The notes under the pieces were generated by a model that did no database searches, had not been told where the DNA came from, and saw only the letters and a program-made list of their open reading frames with translations. From a virus (taxonomy: Duplodnaviria > Heunggongvirae > Uroviricota > Caudoviricetes): a stretch of 45,905 nt of DNA. The position numbers and the translations under genes are program-made. The stretch lies in IMG/VR virus record IMGVR_UViG_643348547_000010, positions 1-45,905 of that record. One strand, 5' to 3'. Below are positions 1 through 10,337 of the stretch, in pieces. Within the stretch, counting starts at the first letter, position 1. Every line of letters begins with the position of its first letter.

Positions 1-367
1 ATGAAGAAAGTTTTTCTTTGCGCCATCTTAGCCTCCTTAAGCTATCCGGCTATCGCCTCATCATTGCAGGATCAACTCTCTGCTGTCGCAGAAGCGGAAC
101 AGCAAGGTAAAAATGAAGAGCAAAGGCAGCATGACGAATGGGTCGCGGAGCGCAACAGGGAAATCCAGCAAGAGAAGCAACGTCGCGCAAACGCCCAGGC
201 CGCCGCTAACAAAAGAGCGGCAACGGCAGCGGTAAATAAGAAAGCTCGTCAGGATAAACTGGACGCCGAAGCCTCTGCGGATAAAAAACGCGATCAAAGT
301 TATGAAGATGAGCTACGCAGCTTAGAGATTCAGAAACAAAAACTGGCGCTGGCGAAAGAAGAAGCCC
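1..367 (+). pseudogene. Secreted coiled-coil protein gene, 5' portion, interrupted by IS629 (continues at 3948)
   Basis: ORF starts at 1 with signal-peptide-like N-terminus (MKKVFLCAILASLSYPAIA), Lys/Glu/Gln-rich body; reading frame runs into IS629 left end at 368. Confidence 0.6.
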
Positions 368-421
368 TGAACCGCCCCGGGAATCCTGGAGACTAAACTT
401 CCTGAGAAAGAGGTAAACAGG

Positions 422-748
422 ATGACTAAAAATACTCGTTTTTCCCCCGAAGTCCGTCAACGGGCAGTCCGTATGGTTCTGGAAAGTCAGGGCGAATATG
501 ACTCACAATGGGCGACAATTTGTTCCATTGCCCCAAAGATTGGCTGTACACCGGAGACTCTGCGTGTCTGGGTACGCCAGCATGAGCGGGATACCGGAGG
601 CGGTGATGGCGGGCTCACCACCGCTGAACGTCAGCGTCTGAAAGAGCTGGAACGTGAAAATCGTGAACTGCGCCGCAGTAACGATATCCTTCGCCAGGCT
701 TCCGCTTATTTTGCGAAGGCGGAGTTCGACCGCCTCTGGAAAAAGTGA
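422..748 (+). CDS. IS629 OrfA (IS3-family transposase N-terminal HTH protein)
   Basis: 108-aa [25 protein letters not shown]..., near-identical to orfA of the copies at 14287 and 15893-16219. Confidence 0.9.
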   Translation: MTKNTRFSPEVRQRAVRMVLESQGEYDSQWATICSIAPKIGCTPETLRVWVRQHERDTGGGDGGLTTAERQRLKELERENRELRRSNDILRQASAYFAKAEFDRLWKK

Positions 749-1162
749 TGCCACTGCTGGATAAGCTGCGTAAGCTGTACGGGGTCGGACCGGTATGCAG
801 TGAACTACATATTGCCCCGTCAACGTATTACCACTGTCAGCAACAGCGACATCATCCTGATAAACGCAGTGCCCGTGCGCAGCGCGATGACTGGCTGAAG
901 AAAGAGATACTGCGCGTATACGATGGGAATCATCAGGTATACGGTGTGCGTAAAGTCTGGCGTCAGTTGTTACGGGAAGGAATCAGGGTAGCCAGATGTA
1001 CAGTGGCGCGCCTCATGGCGGTTATGGGACTTGCCGGTGTTCTCCGGGGTAAAAAGGTCCGCACTACCGTCAGCCGGAAAGCCGTTGCCGCAGGCGACCG
1101 CGTAAACCGTCAGTTTGTGGCAGAACGTCCTGACCAGTTGTGGGTGGCTGATTTTACTTACG
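745..1162 (+). pseudogene. IS629 orfB, 5' part, interrupted by group II intron
   Basis: Translation identical to intact OrfB (14610-15500) up to ...QLWVADFTY, then diverges exactly at the intron 5' end. Confidence 0.8.
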
Positions 1163-1818
1163 GTGTGCCCGGAGTTCAGGGCGGGCATGGATGCTTAAAT
1201 GAACCGCGAGTCTGTCTGGAATATTGAACCGGTAACTCACGATGAGAAACCCAACAATCCCACCGGGTGTGACGGTGGAGAACCTGAGCGGCAGTGACCT
1301 GCGGCATGCCCGCAGGGTGATGTAACCCGCTGACAACGGGGATTGAGGCGAGATCACTAAGCCGAGATGATCCTCAAGGTTAAGTACTGAAAGGCTGAAG
1401 AACATGAACCCGTTAATCCGCCTCTGTGGGTTGAAAACGTCACCACGGCCTACGTGATCTGACAGGCCGTGCAGGAGGAACTGGCAGTGATACGTAAGCA
1501 CTGCCGGTCGAAGGTGTTTTGACATGTATGCGAAACACCGGGGCAGCAGCGTCTATCACGCTTGCGTTGCTGACTTCTGCCAACTTGCGGCAAGCAAGGA
1601 TAAAGAGTGCGACGGGCAGCCTCCTCAGTATGCCTGAGTCCAGGCAGGTAAACCGGGGAAGGTCAGCGACGGATGTTAAGGGGGCATGGCTCCGATGACG
1701 CGCTGGCTGGCGGAGCTTCCGTAGTAGTCCGCGATGGGGAAAGCCCATTACATGGCGAAGGGAAGCAGTTTGAATGTGTTTGCGACGTGAATTAACTGAC
1801 CTAACGAGGTGAAGACCT

Positions 1819-3342
1819 TTGATAATCAGCGAAATGCAACGCAAGCTTGCCACATGGGCAGCCACCGATCCGTCCCTACGGATTCAACGGCTGCTGCGTC
1901 TAATAACACAACCAGAATGGCTGGCTGAAGCGGCGCGGATCACGCTTTCATCAAAGGGGGCCCATACCCCCGGCGTTGATGGCGTGAACAAAACAATGCT
2001 ACAGGCCAGACTGGCTGTTGAGCTGCAAATCCTCAGGGATGAATTACTCTCAGGCCACTACCAGCCCTTGCCCGCCAGACGGGTTTACATCCCTAAAAGC
2101 AACGGCAAACTGCGACCACTGGGTATCCCCGCGTTGCGGGATCGTATTGTTCAGCGGGCCATGCTGATGGCGATGGAGCCGATATGGGAGAGTGATTTTC
2201 ATACGCTCTCATATGGCTTCCGGCCTGAGCGCAGTGTCCACCACGCGATCCGCACGGTGAAATTACAGCTCACAGACTGCGGTGAAACCCGGGGACGCTG
2301 GGTGATTGAAGGCGACCTGTCCAGTTACTTCGACACCGTACATCATCGACTGCTGATGAAGGCTGTACGCCGCAGGATCAGTGACGCACGTTTCATGACT
2401 CTGCTGTGGAAAACCATCAAGGCGGGACATATCGATGTCGGTCTCTTTCGGGCGGCCAGTGAAGGTGTGCCACAGGGCGGTGTTATATCGCCGCTATTAT
2501 CGAACATCATGCTGAATGAGTTCGATCAATACCTGCATGAGCGCTACCTGAGCGGGAAAGCCAGAAAAGATCGGTGGTACTGGAATAACAGTATCCAACG
2601 GGGCCGAAGTACGGCGGTCAGAGAAAACTGGCAGTGGAAACCCGCGGTGGCGTACTGCCGCTATGCCGATGATTTTGTCCTCATCGTCAAAGGCACCAAA
2701 GCACAGGCGGAAGCCATCAGGGAGGAGTGTCGGGGTGTGCTCGAAGGCAGTCTGAAACTCAGGCTGAACATGGATAAGACTAAAATCACCCATGTTAATG
2801 ACGGCTTTATCTTTCTGGGGCACAGGATCATTCGCAAACGCAGTCGTTATGGCGAGATGCGAGTGGTCTCAACGATCCCGCAGGAGAAAGCCAGAAACTT
2901 CGCCGCATCGCTGACAGCACTGTTATCAGGCAACTACAGTGAAAGCAAAGTCGATATGGCTGAACAACTCAACCGAAAACTGAAAGGCTGGGCCATGTTC
3001 TATCAGTTCGTTGATTTTAAGGCCAAAGTCTTCAGTTATATCGACCGTGTCGTGTTCTGGAAGCTGGCTCACTGGCTGGCCCGCAAATACCGTACAGGTA
3101 TCGCTTCCCTGATGAGGTGGTGGTGTAAATCACCGAAACCGGGTCAGAGCAAAACGTGGGTTTTATTTGGTAAAACCAATCACGGCAAGCTCAGCGGCGA
3201 AATACTGTACCGGTTGGTGGGGCAAGGCAAGAAGCTGTTCCGCTGGCGGCTACCCGAAGGTAATCCCTATCTGAGGACGGAGACCAGAAACACGTATACA
3301 TCGCGCTTTACAGAAGTGGCAATGGCGTTCGCCAGCATTTAA
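1819..3342 (+). CDS. Group II intron-encoded reverse transcriptase/maturase
   Basis: 507-aa ORF with RT palm motifs (FDTVHHRLL, YADDFVLIV) and C-terminal maturase-like region; no HNH/En motifs visible. Confidence 0.9.
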   Translation: MIISEMQRKLATWAATDPSLRIQRLLRLITQPEWLAEAARITLSSKGAHTPGVDGVNKTMLQARLAVELQILRDELLSGHYQPLPARRVYIPKSNGKLRPLGIPALRDRIVQRAMLMAMEPIWESDFHTLSYGFRPERSVHHAIRTVKLQLTDCGETRGRWVIEGDLSSYFDTVHHRLLMKAVRRRISDARFMTLLWKTIKAGHIDVGLFRAASEGVPQGGVISPLLSNIMLNEFDQYLHERYLSGKARKDRWYWNNSIQRGRSTAVRENWQWKPAVAYCRYADDFVLIVKGTKAQAEAIREECRGVLEGSLKLRLNMDKTKITHVNDGFIFLGHRIIRKRSRYGEMRVVSTIPQEKARNFAASLTALLSGNYSESKVDMAEQLNRKLKGWAMFYQFVDFKAKVFSYIDRVVFWKLAHWLARKYRTGIASLMRWWCKSPKPGQSKTWVLFGKTNHGKLSGEILYRLVGQGKKLFRWRLPEGNPYLRTETRNTYTSRFTEVAMAFASI

Positions 3343-3347
3343 ATGGA

Positions 3348-3381
3348 GAGCCGGATGCGCTGAAAGGTGCACGTCCGGTTC
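3348..3381 (+). ncRNA. Group II intron domain V
   Basis: GAGCCGGATGCGCTGAAAGGTGCACGTCCGGTTC: 34-nt hairpin with AGC triad and GNRA-type loop, located just after the IEP stop and followed by a short domain VI-like hairpin. Confidence 0.8.
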
Positions 3382-3404
3382 GGGGAGGAGAGGCAGGGAA
3401 ATAG

Positions 3405-3905
<501 letters not shown>

Positions 3906-3947
3906 GTTCACAGATAAAACACTCTCCAGGAAACCCGGGGCGGTTCA

Positions 3948-4124
3948 GCCCGCGTTAAGCGAGAAAACGAATTTATCGATCAGGAACTGAAGCACAAAGC
4001 TGCGCAAACCGATGTGGTGCAATCTGAAGCTGACGCAAACAGAAATATGACTGAAGGCGGTCGCGATCTGATGAAAAGCGTGGGCAAAGCAGAAGAGAAC
4101 AAATCGGACAGCTGGTTTAATTAA
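3948..4124 (+). pseudogene. Secreted coiled-coil protein gene, 3' portion (downstream of IS629)
   Basis: Removing the IS and one GCCC copy joins 1-367 to this segment in frame (...KEEARVKRENEFIDQELKHK...SDSWFN stop at 4122-4124). Confidence 0.55.
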
Positions 4125-4163
4125 TCGATGTAAGTAACTTCAAGCCTATAATTCTTGAAGATA

Positions 4164-4196
4164 AAAAACCCTCTGTAGTAACAGAGGGTTTTGTTC
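4164..4196. terminator. Hairpin with flanking A- and T-runs (bidirectional terminator-like) between converging genes
   Basis: AAAAAACCCTCTGTAGTAACAGAGGGTTTTGTT. Confidence 0.55.
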
Positions 4197-4343
4197 ATTC
4201 ATAGTGCAGGGATCAAAATCATTCCCACTCAATTATTTACGATAACCATAACCAATTGAGTGATAACATTTTTCCAAATCTCAATTTTTCCCGTACCGTT
4301 TTATATACCGTCACCGGAAATCAGTACCATGAAAAATGCCATG

Positions 4344-4826
4344 CTATCTGGTCAAAGTGTCGTACTGTTTTTCGCAGACTCTTCCGGCTTCGGCTGCCCG
4401 GTCAGCATACTCTGCCAGTTGTCTGTTTCTCTCGAGAGATTTGCTGAGCACGTCGGCAAGCAAAACTCCGGTGTCTGCGGCTGACGACCCAGCGCCGACA
4501 ATGGCGTTATACTGCCTGAGCTGCTCACGGATGGCAAAGAGTTGTTGCTGCAACCGGCCAGCGCTAGCGGCAGCATCAAGAGCATCATTGCGCGCCTGGT
4601 CGATTCTCTGCTGAGCTTCACGTTCATTGGTCACTTTCTCCTGTTCGTAGTACTGACGAACTTTGTCTTCTTCGGCTTTGCGGTCTTCTTCCGCCTGAGC
4701 ATACCCGGCATCGTACTGGCGACTGCCGTGTATATTCCAGGCAACCACTCCTGATATGACCAGAACAGCAAGCACTGCCACGATAAGAAACTGTTTCCAG
4801 TATGCTTTTACGAATGCCCAGATCAT
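4344..4826 (-). CDS. Rz-like i-spanin
   Basis: 160 aa, N-terminal TM segment then charged coiled-coil periplasmic region; immediately downstream of endolysin. Confidence 0.75.
   Translation of the reverse strand: MIWAFVKAYWKQFLIVAVLAVLVISGVVAWNIHGSRQYDAGYAQAEEDRKAEEDKVRQYYEQEKVTNEREAQQRIDQARNDALDAAASAGRLQQQLFAIREQLRQYNAIVGAGSSAADTGVLLADVLSKSLERNRQLAEYADRAAEAGRVCEKQYDTLTR
4352..4588 (-). CDS. Rz1-like o-spanin lipoprotein, embedded in Rz in the +1 frame
   Basis: Lipobox LALAGC after short signal ([14 protein letters not shown]), Pro-rich mature part; start chosen at internal Met of the track ORF 4352-4627. Confidence 0.6.
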   Translation of the reverse strand: MMLLMLPLALAGCSNNSLPSVSSSGSITPLSALGRQPQTPEFCLPTCSANLSRETDNWQSMLTGQPKPEESAKNSTTL

Positions 4827-5452
4827 ACCGCCAGCACCTTACTGGCAGTGATGTACCGCGCTCGCCGGTCGTCGATGCCGTTCCGGCCACCATTGATAAT
4901 CAGAGTTACACGTGCAATATCGCCGGTATACTTCATGCAGCCTTTGCTGACGAAGAACCACGCCGCGCTACGAGCCGCATATTCGTCCTGCGCCAGCAGT
5001 TCAGGGCTCTCCAGCAGGTCAACCTTCAGACCGTTTCCGCAATCACGATAGTTATTCAAACCGGTAATCTGGATAAGTCCGCGCCCTCGGTAATTCCAGC
5101 CATCACCAGGGGCATTGTTCCCCATGCGTTTGCTGTATACCAGATTTGCGATCGCGCGCTGGCGCTCAAGTGGCAATGGTGGTTCACCAGCACGGCGCCC
5201 CAGTGCATTAGCCTGCCCCTGAGTGAGACGCCCAGCCCGAACGAAGTTAGCCAGTCCGCTGACACTGTAGTTGAAATTCTCCTGCAACCTGGTGAAGCCC
5301 CCAGACTCATGCCCGGCTTGAGCAATAAACATTGCCTGATCTTCTGCTTTGCTGATACCAAACTCTTTCATCGCAGAAGTTATATGCGAGAACCAGCGTG
5401 CGGCCAGTGCCTCGCTGATACCAGCAGCTCGCTGGAATTGTTTAATCTCCAT
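4823..5452 (-). CDS. Endolysin, glycoside hydrolase family 19-like
   Basis: Start taken at [13 protein letters not shown]... (RBS GAGG upstream); motif [12 protein letters not shown] typical of GH19 phage endolysins. Confidence 0.8.
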   Translation of the reverse strand: MEIKQFQRAAGISEALAARWFSHITSAMKEFGISKAEDQAMFIAQAGHESGGFTRLQENFNYSVSGLANFVRAGRLTQGQANALGRRAGEPPLPLERQRAIANLVYSKRMGNNAPGDGWNYRGRGLIQITGLNNYRDCGNGLKVDLLESPELLAQDEYAARSAAWFFVSKGCMKYTGDIARVTLIINGGRNGIDDRRARYITASKVLAV

Positions 5453-5750
5453 GTTTAGACCTCGATACTTTAAAAATTTGAACGACGTTACCGCGCGTTT
5501 TAATAACCGCAGCCAGCATGACAGCGTTGATAATGACCTCAGATAAATCCACAGCCATTGGCGTACGTAACCAGATTGCATAGGCGACTCGAACAGGAAT
5601 ACTGGCCGCAGCAACAATCAGGAAATAAGCAAGCCATCCTCCCCACCTTCGATGTTGAGAGCCGTTACGCCGGAATGTGACAACGCGAATTGCTATGCCA
5701 GTGCAAATAACTGCATTAGTGATAAGCAAAAAAAACTCATGCGTTACCAT
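5442..5750 (-). CDS. Holin/antiholin-like small membrane protein
   Basis: 102 aa with 2-3 hydrophobic segments, overlapping the endolysin start. Confidence 0.5.
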   Translation of the reverse strand: MVTHEFFLLITNAVICTGIAIRVVTFRRNGSQHRRWGGWLAYFLIVAAASIPVRVAYAIWLRTPMAVDLSEVIINAVMLAAVIKTRGNVVQIFKVSRSKHGD

Positions 5751-6141
5751 CGTCTTTTCTCCCCGGAATTAACTCGCGTGGATTATCGGAACGGTGATAG
5801 AGCCATATACCAATACGCACAGCGACAATTGCTGACACGAATGCGCCTGCAGAGAAAACAATCCCTTTTTCAAAAGAGTCCTGCGTGATGGTAGGGATCA
5901 GGCTGGCTATGCCGATAAGAATTGATGCTGCTGGTTTGTAAAAGAGAAGGCCGCAAAGAAAGCTGAGCATCGACAGGAGCACCCGGCGACGGATGGGGTA
6001 CTCTACTGCAGAGGTAACAAAAATTACCGCCCCAGCCAAAGCCCCTAAAGCAACCTCCGGAGGGACACCTGCAATAACTGCAGCAAGAGAACCAAAACTA
6101 AGCAACTGATTTAATTGCTCACTTGTTACTTGAGCAGACAT
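5737..6141 (-). CDS. Holin-like membrane protein
   Basis: 134 aa, several hydrophobic helices, first gene of lysis cluster. Confidence 0.5.
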   Translation of the reverse strand: MSAQVTSEQLNQLLSFGSLAAVIAGVPPEVALGALAGAVIFVTSAVEYPIRRRVLLSMLSFLCGLLFYKPAASILIGIASLIPTITQDSFEKGIVFSAGAFVSAIVAVRIGIWLYHRSDNPRELIPGRKDDGNA

Positions 6142-6422
6142 ACTTTCTCCTGTTTACTATCTATAAGCCAGTCAATTATTGATGACTAAACCCGCATAGT
6201 AAACCATATATGAATCATTATTGTTCCATATCATATATCTCAATAAAAGTACTAATGATTTTACAGAACGAGCCAGCAGAGTGGGGGCAGTTGTACAGGA
6301 ACCATAGACTTAATTTTGTATTTAATAATGCTATGGTGTAATAAACCTGAACATGTATTTAAAATACGTACTGATTCATGATAGAATTCAAAGATAACTT
6401 TTCACCAACTCCGTTTTTGATA

Positions 6423-6449
6423 CCCGCAATATTTTGCGGGCTTTTTTTT
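6423..6449. terminator. GC hairpin plus T8 run abutting the tailspike stop codon
   Basis: CCCGCAATATTTTGCGGGCTTTTTTTT; the U-run is on the plus strand, so it is a better plus-strand than minus-strand terminator. Confidence 0.4.
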
Positions 6450-9400
6450 AACGTTCTTCCAGAGACTGAACCCGCTCTTTTATCTTATCCATTTCTCTGC
6501 GCTGCCATGCTGCCTCGATATAGAATAAGAGATCAGGTCTGACCCCCCATCTAGATCCTGCTGGCGTTATTTCAACGCGCTCAATGATGTCTTCTATTAC
6601 CATCACTGGATTATCATCCTCATCAACAATGATGCTCCCGTCATTATCAGTCAGCGGCATTTCCCTTTGGCCAGTAATGACGTCATCATATACTGCGGGA
6701 TAATCGTCATAGCAAAGAAAGGCATAGCGGCATGTTGTGCTTTCTTCTTCCATGAGTCCGTGAGAAATAAGAACATCACGAAGTTGCTGCGCGATTACAC
6801 CATGATGTATCCTCGCCCCTTCTTCCCCCTTTATAGCGACAGCGTTCAGCCATTTATAAGCGATATACCTGACGTCACCCCAGGCATCCAGCAATGCTTC
6901 GTCAGGAGAGACCGGCTCTGTCTTTAATGTTCCGTCACTGGTAACCACAGGATTGGAGCCAAGATAAACTGTCGAGAACCTGTTTCCCGGACCACCAAGA
7001 GCATTTACATTATCAAGATAAGGTTTAACATCTCCGTTCTCAAAAAGATGTTCGAGTGCGTTATATACCGCGCGACGTGGAGTACTGCTTCCGGAACCAT
7101 GCAACGTTATCATTGCACCATCTGCTGAAGACGTTGTTTCACCGCCGCTAACGATTAATCTCTGAGCGGTAACATCATCAGACGGTACTTTCTTCGCAAT
7201 AATGGCGTAATTACCCTCAAGTTTGACTTCCGCGCGAACTTGTCCTGATGTACCTGCATGGACAGTCAGTGACTGGACGGCAACATCATCTGTGAAATCA
7301 ACGGGTACAGGAACCGTCCTCACGCCTGACGTCGACATAAAAGTAGGAAGCGTTCTGTTAGGAGTGGCTCCGTAGACAAAATCCCTTGAAACAAATTCTT
7401 CCTGTTTAATTTTCACCCTGAAACAATACAAATCAGCCGGGTGACCATCGTGAACATAAGGATATTTTCTGTTGTTATCCCCTATGCTCCATGGGTTTAG
7501 AAAGTCTTCCCCACCGAAAATGTAGTACAGCCAGTTGTCTTTGATACAAACTGAACCAACACCAACCGCAGAGTTAACTATTCCGCCCTGATAAATCTGA
7601 TCAGTAACATTAACCCACTCTACATTATCCAGACTCCACTCATTGACGTTAACTCTGGTCATAAATGTTCTTGGATAATTTCCTGCATAACGGTTATCAG
7701 GTTCTCCTCCTTCCCACTCACCAAATGCGCGCTCACTGCCAAAAATAATCAGCTCATCGCCAACTTTGGCAAAAGGAAGGTTTGAGTGATGAACATTATT
7801 TGGGAAGCGAAGAGAATTCCATGATGTACCTAAATCAGAGCTTCTGTGCAATGAACTACCGGGTTGAGTACTTAATGTCCCCCTGGTCGTCAGATACAGA
7901 ATGCCATCATAATATTTTACACATGGCTCAGATGCATTCGCCTCATATTCTACAGGTATGCGTCTGCGAACAAAGCTACCAGGAGAACCGAAAGCATCAG
8001 AGAAATAGAGTATCCCAAGCTCGCGTGGACCAATATCACCATTATGGTAGCCAACAGCAAAACTGTTATCGCTAATCGTCGCAAAACTGTGAATCTCAGT
8101 AACAGGAGTGCTTCCGTCAACAAAAGAAGGAATAGTTCCAAGACTGGTTTTTCTCCATGGTGACGAGTGAAATGATGTGCCAAAACTCCAGTATCTACCC
8201 TCGTTATTCTGATCCACATCCTGGGTATTTTGCGTCGTAACTGTAAAGGTATTTTTATCAATAACAGTAGTCACCGTCATATTCCCGGTAACACCTGTAA
8301 CACCAGAGTTTGAGAAGTTGACAAAATCACCAGCAAATAATCCGTGATCAGTAATGCGAATATAAGCGACTTGCTGATTTGCTGCTTTCGTTATACCACC
8401 ATAAACGCGAAGGCTGCGACTCATTGGGCGATCCCACAACTCTGCAACCTGCAGTTTATTTCCTCTCACGGTCCGCGTCTCAATTACAGCAAAAAGGCGA
8501 TTTCTGACAACCCCCATACTCATGCAGTGATAGTTAACTGTGGGATAGTTTTCATGTAAATCTGTAAGCCATTCCGGCGTTGTCCAGGTCTTCCCGTCAT
8601 CTCCTGAGCGAACCCATGCAACATGGAGGTTATTTACACCATGGCGGTCTCCAGCCATAAAAGGCGCATAGATGACATTGTCATATACAAACGTTTTATC
8701 CTGCGTCCAGGCGTTGTACCACGGTGTATCTGTAATTTTAAATAACTCTCCCTGGATAAAATCTTCAGAAGCATAAAAAAGAGGCTGGCCCGGTATTCTC
8801 TCAAATAAAAAACGAGCATTTTTAAATCGACTGACATCCGGAAGAGTTGATACTTTAAAAGTAAGCCCTAATCCGTCAATTTTATAACCTGGAGATGAGG
8901 CTTCAAGGCACGCGCTTATTGCAGTGGAATCGTCATTTATACCATCACCAACAGCTCCAAAATCTTTGGGGCTAATAGCATCACGCATTTTATCCTGGAA
9001 CGTTCGGTACACAGCCCCAGAACCATACTGAATAAACCAACCAAAACCACCAACAACTCCGGCGATTGCAGCATCGACATAATTACGCATTGAGCGATTA
9101 TTTACAGCGTCCTGCTCAAATGATGGATCTGCAAGGTTAGAAATTTTGTTTTGCTTTGCATCGTAATATTTTGCAAGCAAAGATGGTTTCATCAATGCAC
9201 GTCTGAACCACCCAAAACATTGCTGGATCAGCATCGTCAGGTAGTCAAAGGCATCTTCATGCACTTCGGGGAAAAATTTTCCCTGATTGCGAAGGTCTGT
9301 GTCCTGCACTACATCAAGCACACGATCTATCGTAATTCGCCATCCAGTAGCAAGCGGAGACGGAAGAACCACAGAACCGCCACTATAAGTGCCCGCCACA

Positions 9401-9567
9401 GTTACCGTATAACCGGTATCCAGGACCAATTCTGTTACGTTCCCGTTCAGGTCAGACACCTGAACAACCAGGTCTGATTTTCTGAAAATTCGAAAAGTAT
9501 ACGGAAACGATGTCGTAACGCCGTTACCGGTGTATTCGTTGTGGTCAACTTCGGTTGAGACCGTCAT
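6448..9567 (-). CDS. Tail fibre/tailspike: T7 gp17-like N-terminal adaptor, glycosidase-like body with Asp-box motifs, C-terminal intramolecular chaperone (peptidase S74-like)
   Basis: N-terminus MTVSTEVDHNEYTGNGVTTSFPYTF... and NLADPSFEQDAVNNRS resemble tail-fibre N-domains; DFGAVGDGINDDSTAI beta-helix-type motif; Asp-boxes SGDDGKTW and SSDLGTSW; C-terminal ...SDGTLKTEP...HHGVIAQQL... chaperone-like. Confidence 0.8.
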   Translation of the reverse strand: MTVSTEVDHNEYTGNGVTTSFPYTFRIFRKSDLVVQVSDLNGNVTELVLDTGYTVTVAGTYSGGSVVLPSPLATGWRITIDRVLDVVQDTDLRNQGKFFPEVHEDAFDYLTMLIQQCFGWFRRALMKPSLLAKYYDAKQNKISNLADPSFEQDAVNNRSMRNYVDAAIAGVVGGFGWFIQYGSGAVYRTFQDKMRDAISPKDFGAVGDGINDDSTAISACLEASSPGYKIDGLGLTFKVSTLPDVSRFKNARFLFERIPGQPLFYASEDFIQGELFKITDTPWYNAWTQDKTFVYDNVIYAPFMAGDRHGVNNLHVAWVRSGDDGKTWTTPEWLTDLHENYPTVNYHCMSMGVVRNRLFAVIETRTVRGNKLQVAELWDRPMSRSLRVYGGITKAANQQVAYIRITDHGLFAGDFVNFSNSGVTGVTGNMTVTTVIDKNTFTVTTQNTQDVDQNNEGRYWSFGTSFHSSPWRKTSLGTIPSFVDGSTPVTEIHSFATISDNSFAVGYHNGDIGPRELGILYFSDAFGSPGSFVRRRIPVEYEANASEPCVKYYDGILYLTTRGTLSTQPGSSLHRSSDLGTSWNSLRFPNNVHHSNLPFAKVGDELIIFGSERAFGEWEGGEPDNRYAGNYPRTFMTRVNVNEWSLDNVEWVNVTDQIYQGGIVNSAVGVGSVCIKDNWLYYIFGGEDFLNPWSIGDNNRKYPYVHDGHPADLYCFRVKIKQEEFVSRDFVYGATPNRTLPTFMSTSGVRTVPVPVDFTDDVAVQSLTVHAGTSGQVRAEVKLEGNYAIIAKKVPSDDVTAQRLIVSGGETTSSADGAMITLHGSGSSTPRRAVYNALEHLFENGDVKPYLDNVNALGGPGNRFSTVYLGSNPVVTSDGTLKTEPVSPDEALLDAWGDVRYIAYKWLNAVAIKGEEGARIHHGVIAQQLRDVLISHGLMEEESTTCRYAFLCYDDYPAVYDDVITGQREMPLTDNDGSIIVDEDDNPVMVIEDIIERVEITPAGSRWGVRPDLLFYIEAAWQRREMDKIKERVQSLEER

Positions 9568-9670
9568 GTTAAATCTCCAGATAGTCGCAGCACCCGTTGC
9601 GCCGCATATCTGGTTATTCTATTACCTGAAAAACCATATATGGATAAAAAGACTATAAATACCAATAGAT

Positions 9671-9687
9671 ATTACCTTTCGGGTAAT
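9671..9687. promoter_or_regulatory. Operator-like 17-bp palindrome (site A)
   Basis: ATTACCTTTCGGGTAAT, intergenic, upstream of 9763 gene. Confidence 0.5.
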
Positions 9688-9762
9688 TTGCAAAACGTGC
9701 TGGATAGCAAACAAATTATTTGTTACTGTATAAACATACAGTTATTGCATGGAGAAGATAAG

Positions 9763-10020
9763 ATGCAGCAGTATCACTATCCACTGGAAGACGGATTTAC
9801 CGAAAGGATTCACACGCCGGGAGGCGTCAGGTCACTGGTGGAGGGATCGCACTTGATGAAATTACTCCGGGATCTCGATAAGGATGGATTTAATGTCGAT
9901 GGCCCACTTGCCGAACTGACTGCACTGATTAACTACGTCACCAGCTCACAGATGTCTATGCAGGATCTGCAAACACATCTCGACTATTGTGCCGAACAAT
10001 TACGAAAACAAACCAGATAA
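9763..10020 (+). CDS. Small protein paralogous to the C-terminal domain of the antirepressor at 10338-10994
   Basis: Start at internal ATG with GGAGAAG RBS; about 45 percent identity by eye to the last 80 aa of the AntA-like protein (shared ...IH-P-GV..L.E.S.LM.LL..L..DG..V.G..AELT....Y...LQTH..Y). Confidence 0.5.
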   Translation: MQQYHYPLEDGFTERIHTPGGVRSLVEGSHLMKLLRDLDKDGFNVDGPLAELTALINYVTSSQMSMQDLQTHLDYCAEQLRKQTR

Positions 10021-10023
10021 GGT

Positions 10024-10052
10024 TTGCAATTACCAAATAGAGTGCTTATATT
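10024..10052 (+). promoter_or_regulatory. Sigma70-like promoter TTGCAA-N17-TATATT
   Basis: Hexamers at 10024-10029 and 10047-10052; operator site B begins 27 bp after the -35 start. Confidence 0.45.
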
Positions 10053-10067
10053 TACCTTTGCGGTAAA
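10051..10067. promoter_or_regulatory. Operator-like 17-bp palindrome (site B)
   Basis: TTTACCTTTGCGGTAAA overlapping the -10/+1 of the promoter above. Confidence 0.5.
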
Positions 10068-10180
10068 TTTACATCGCACTCCTCTTGTGCCATAGTAATC
10101 GGGCACTGGCAAAATCCAGTGCCGGGATTGGTCTCCCGGATTACTAAGTGGCGCATACCACGCCAGACGTGGTTTTTTTA
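10059..10180 (+). ncRNA. Candidate structured leader or small RNA upstream of antirepressor gene
   Basis: About 120 nt between promoter/operator and an intrinsic terminator; contains stem-loops CACTGG...CCAGTG and CCGGGA...TCCCGG; no convincing ORF (track ORF 10119-10310 starts at GTG with no RBS). Confidence 0.3.
10158..10180 (+). terminator. Intrinsic terminator
   Basis: CCACGCCAGACGTGG followed by T7. Confidence 0.6.
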
Positions 10181-10337
10181 TGCGTATAGCACAGTCATGC
10201 CAGAATTATGGTGGGCTGAATGGGGGTCCGAAAGGACGCCGGTACCACTTAGGCCGGTAAGACCAACTCCGTTCAGTTCACCACCATCTGATTGGTCTCA
10301 GCGGTGGTGATGTAATTCGCTAAGTGGAGACGCCATC

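Noticed and set aside
503-823. Antisense ORFs inside IS629 copies (also 14368-14688 and 15818-16138)
   Set aside because: Same antisense frame recurs in every IS copy as a by-product of the transposase coding sequence; no independent support.
6448-9567. Calling the tail fibre a K1 endosialidase
   Set aside because: The C-terminal chaperone-like region and Asp-boxes are shared with endosialidases but also occur in other tail fibres and glycosidases; the beta-helix-type DFGAVGDG motif is not typical of endosialidases. Specificity left open.
10119-10310. Plus-strand 63-aa ORF upstream of the antirepressor
   Set aside because: Starts at GTG without RBS, spans the terminator hairpin, Pro/Trp-rich improbable composition; region interpreted as non-coding leader.
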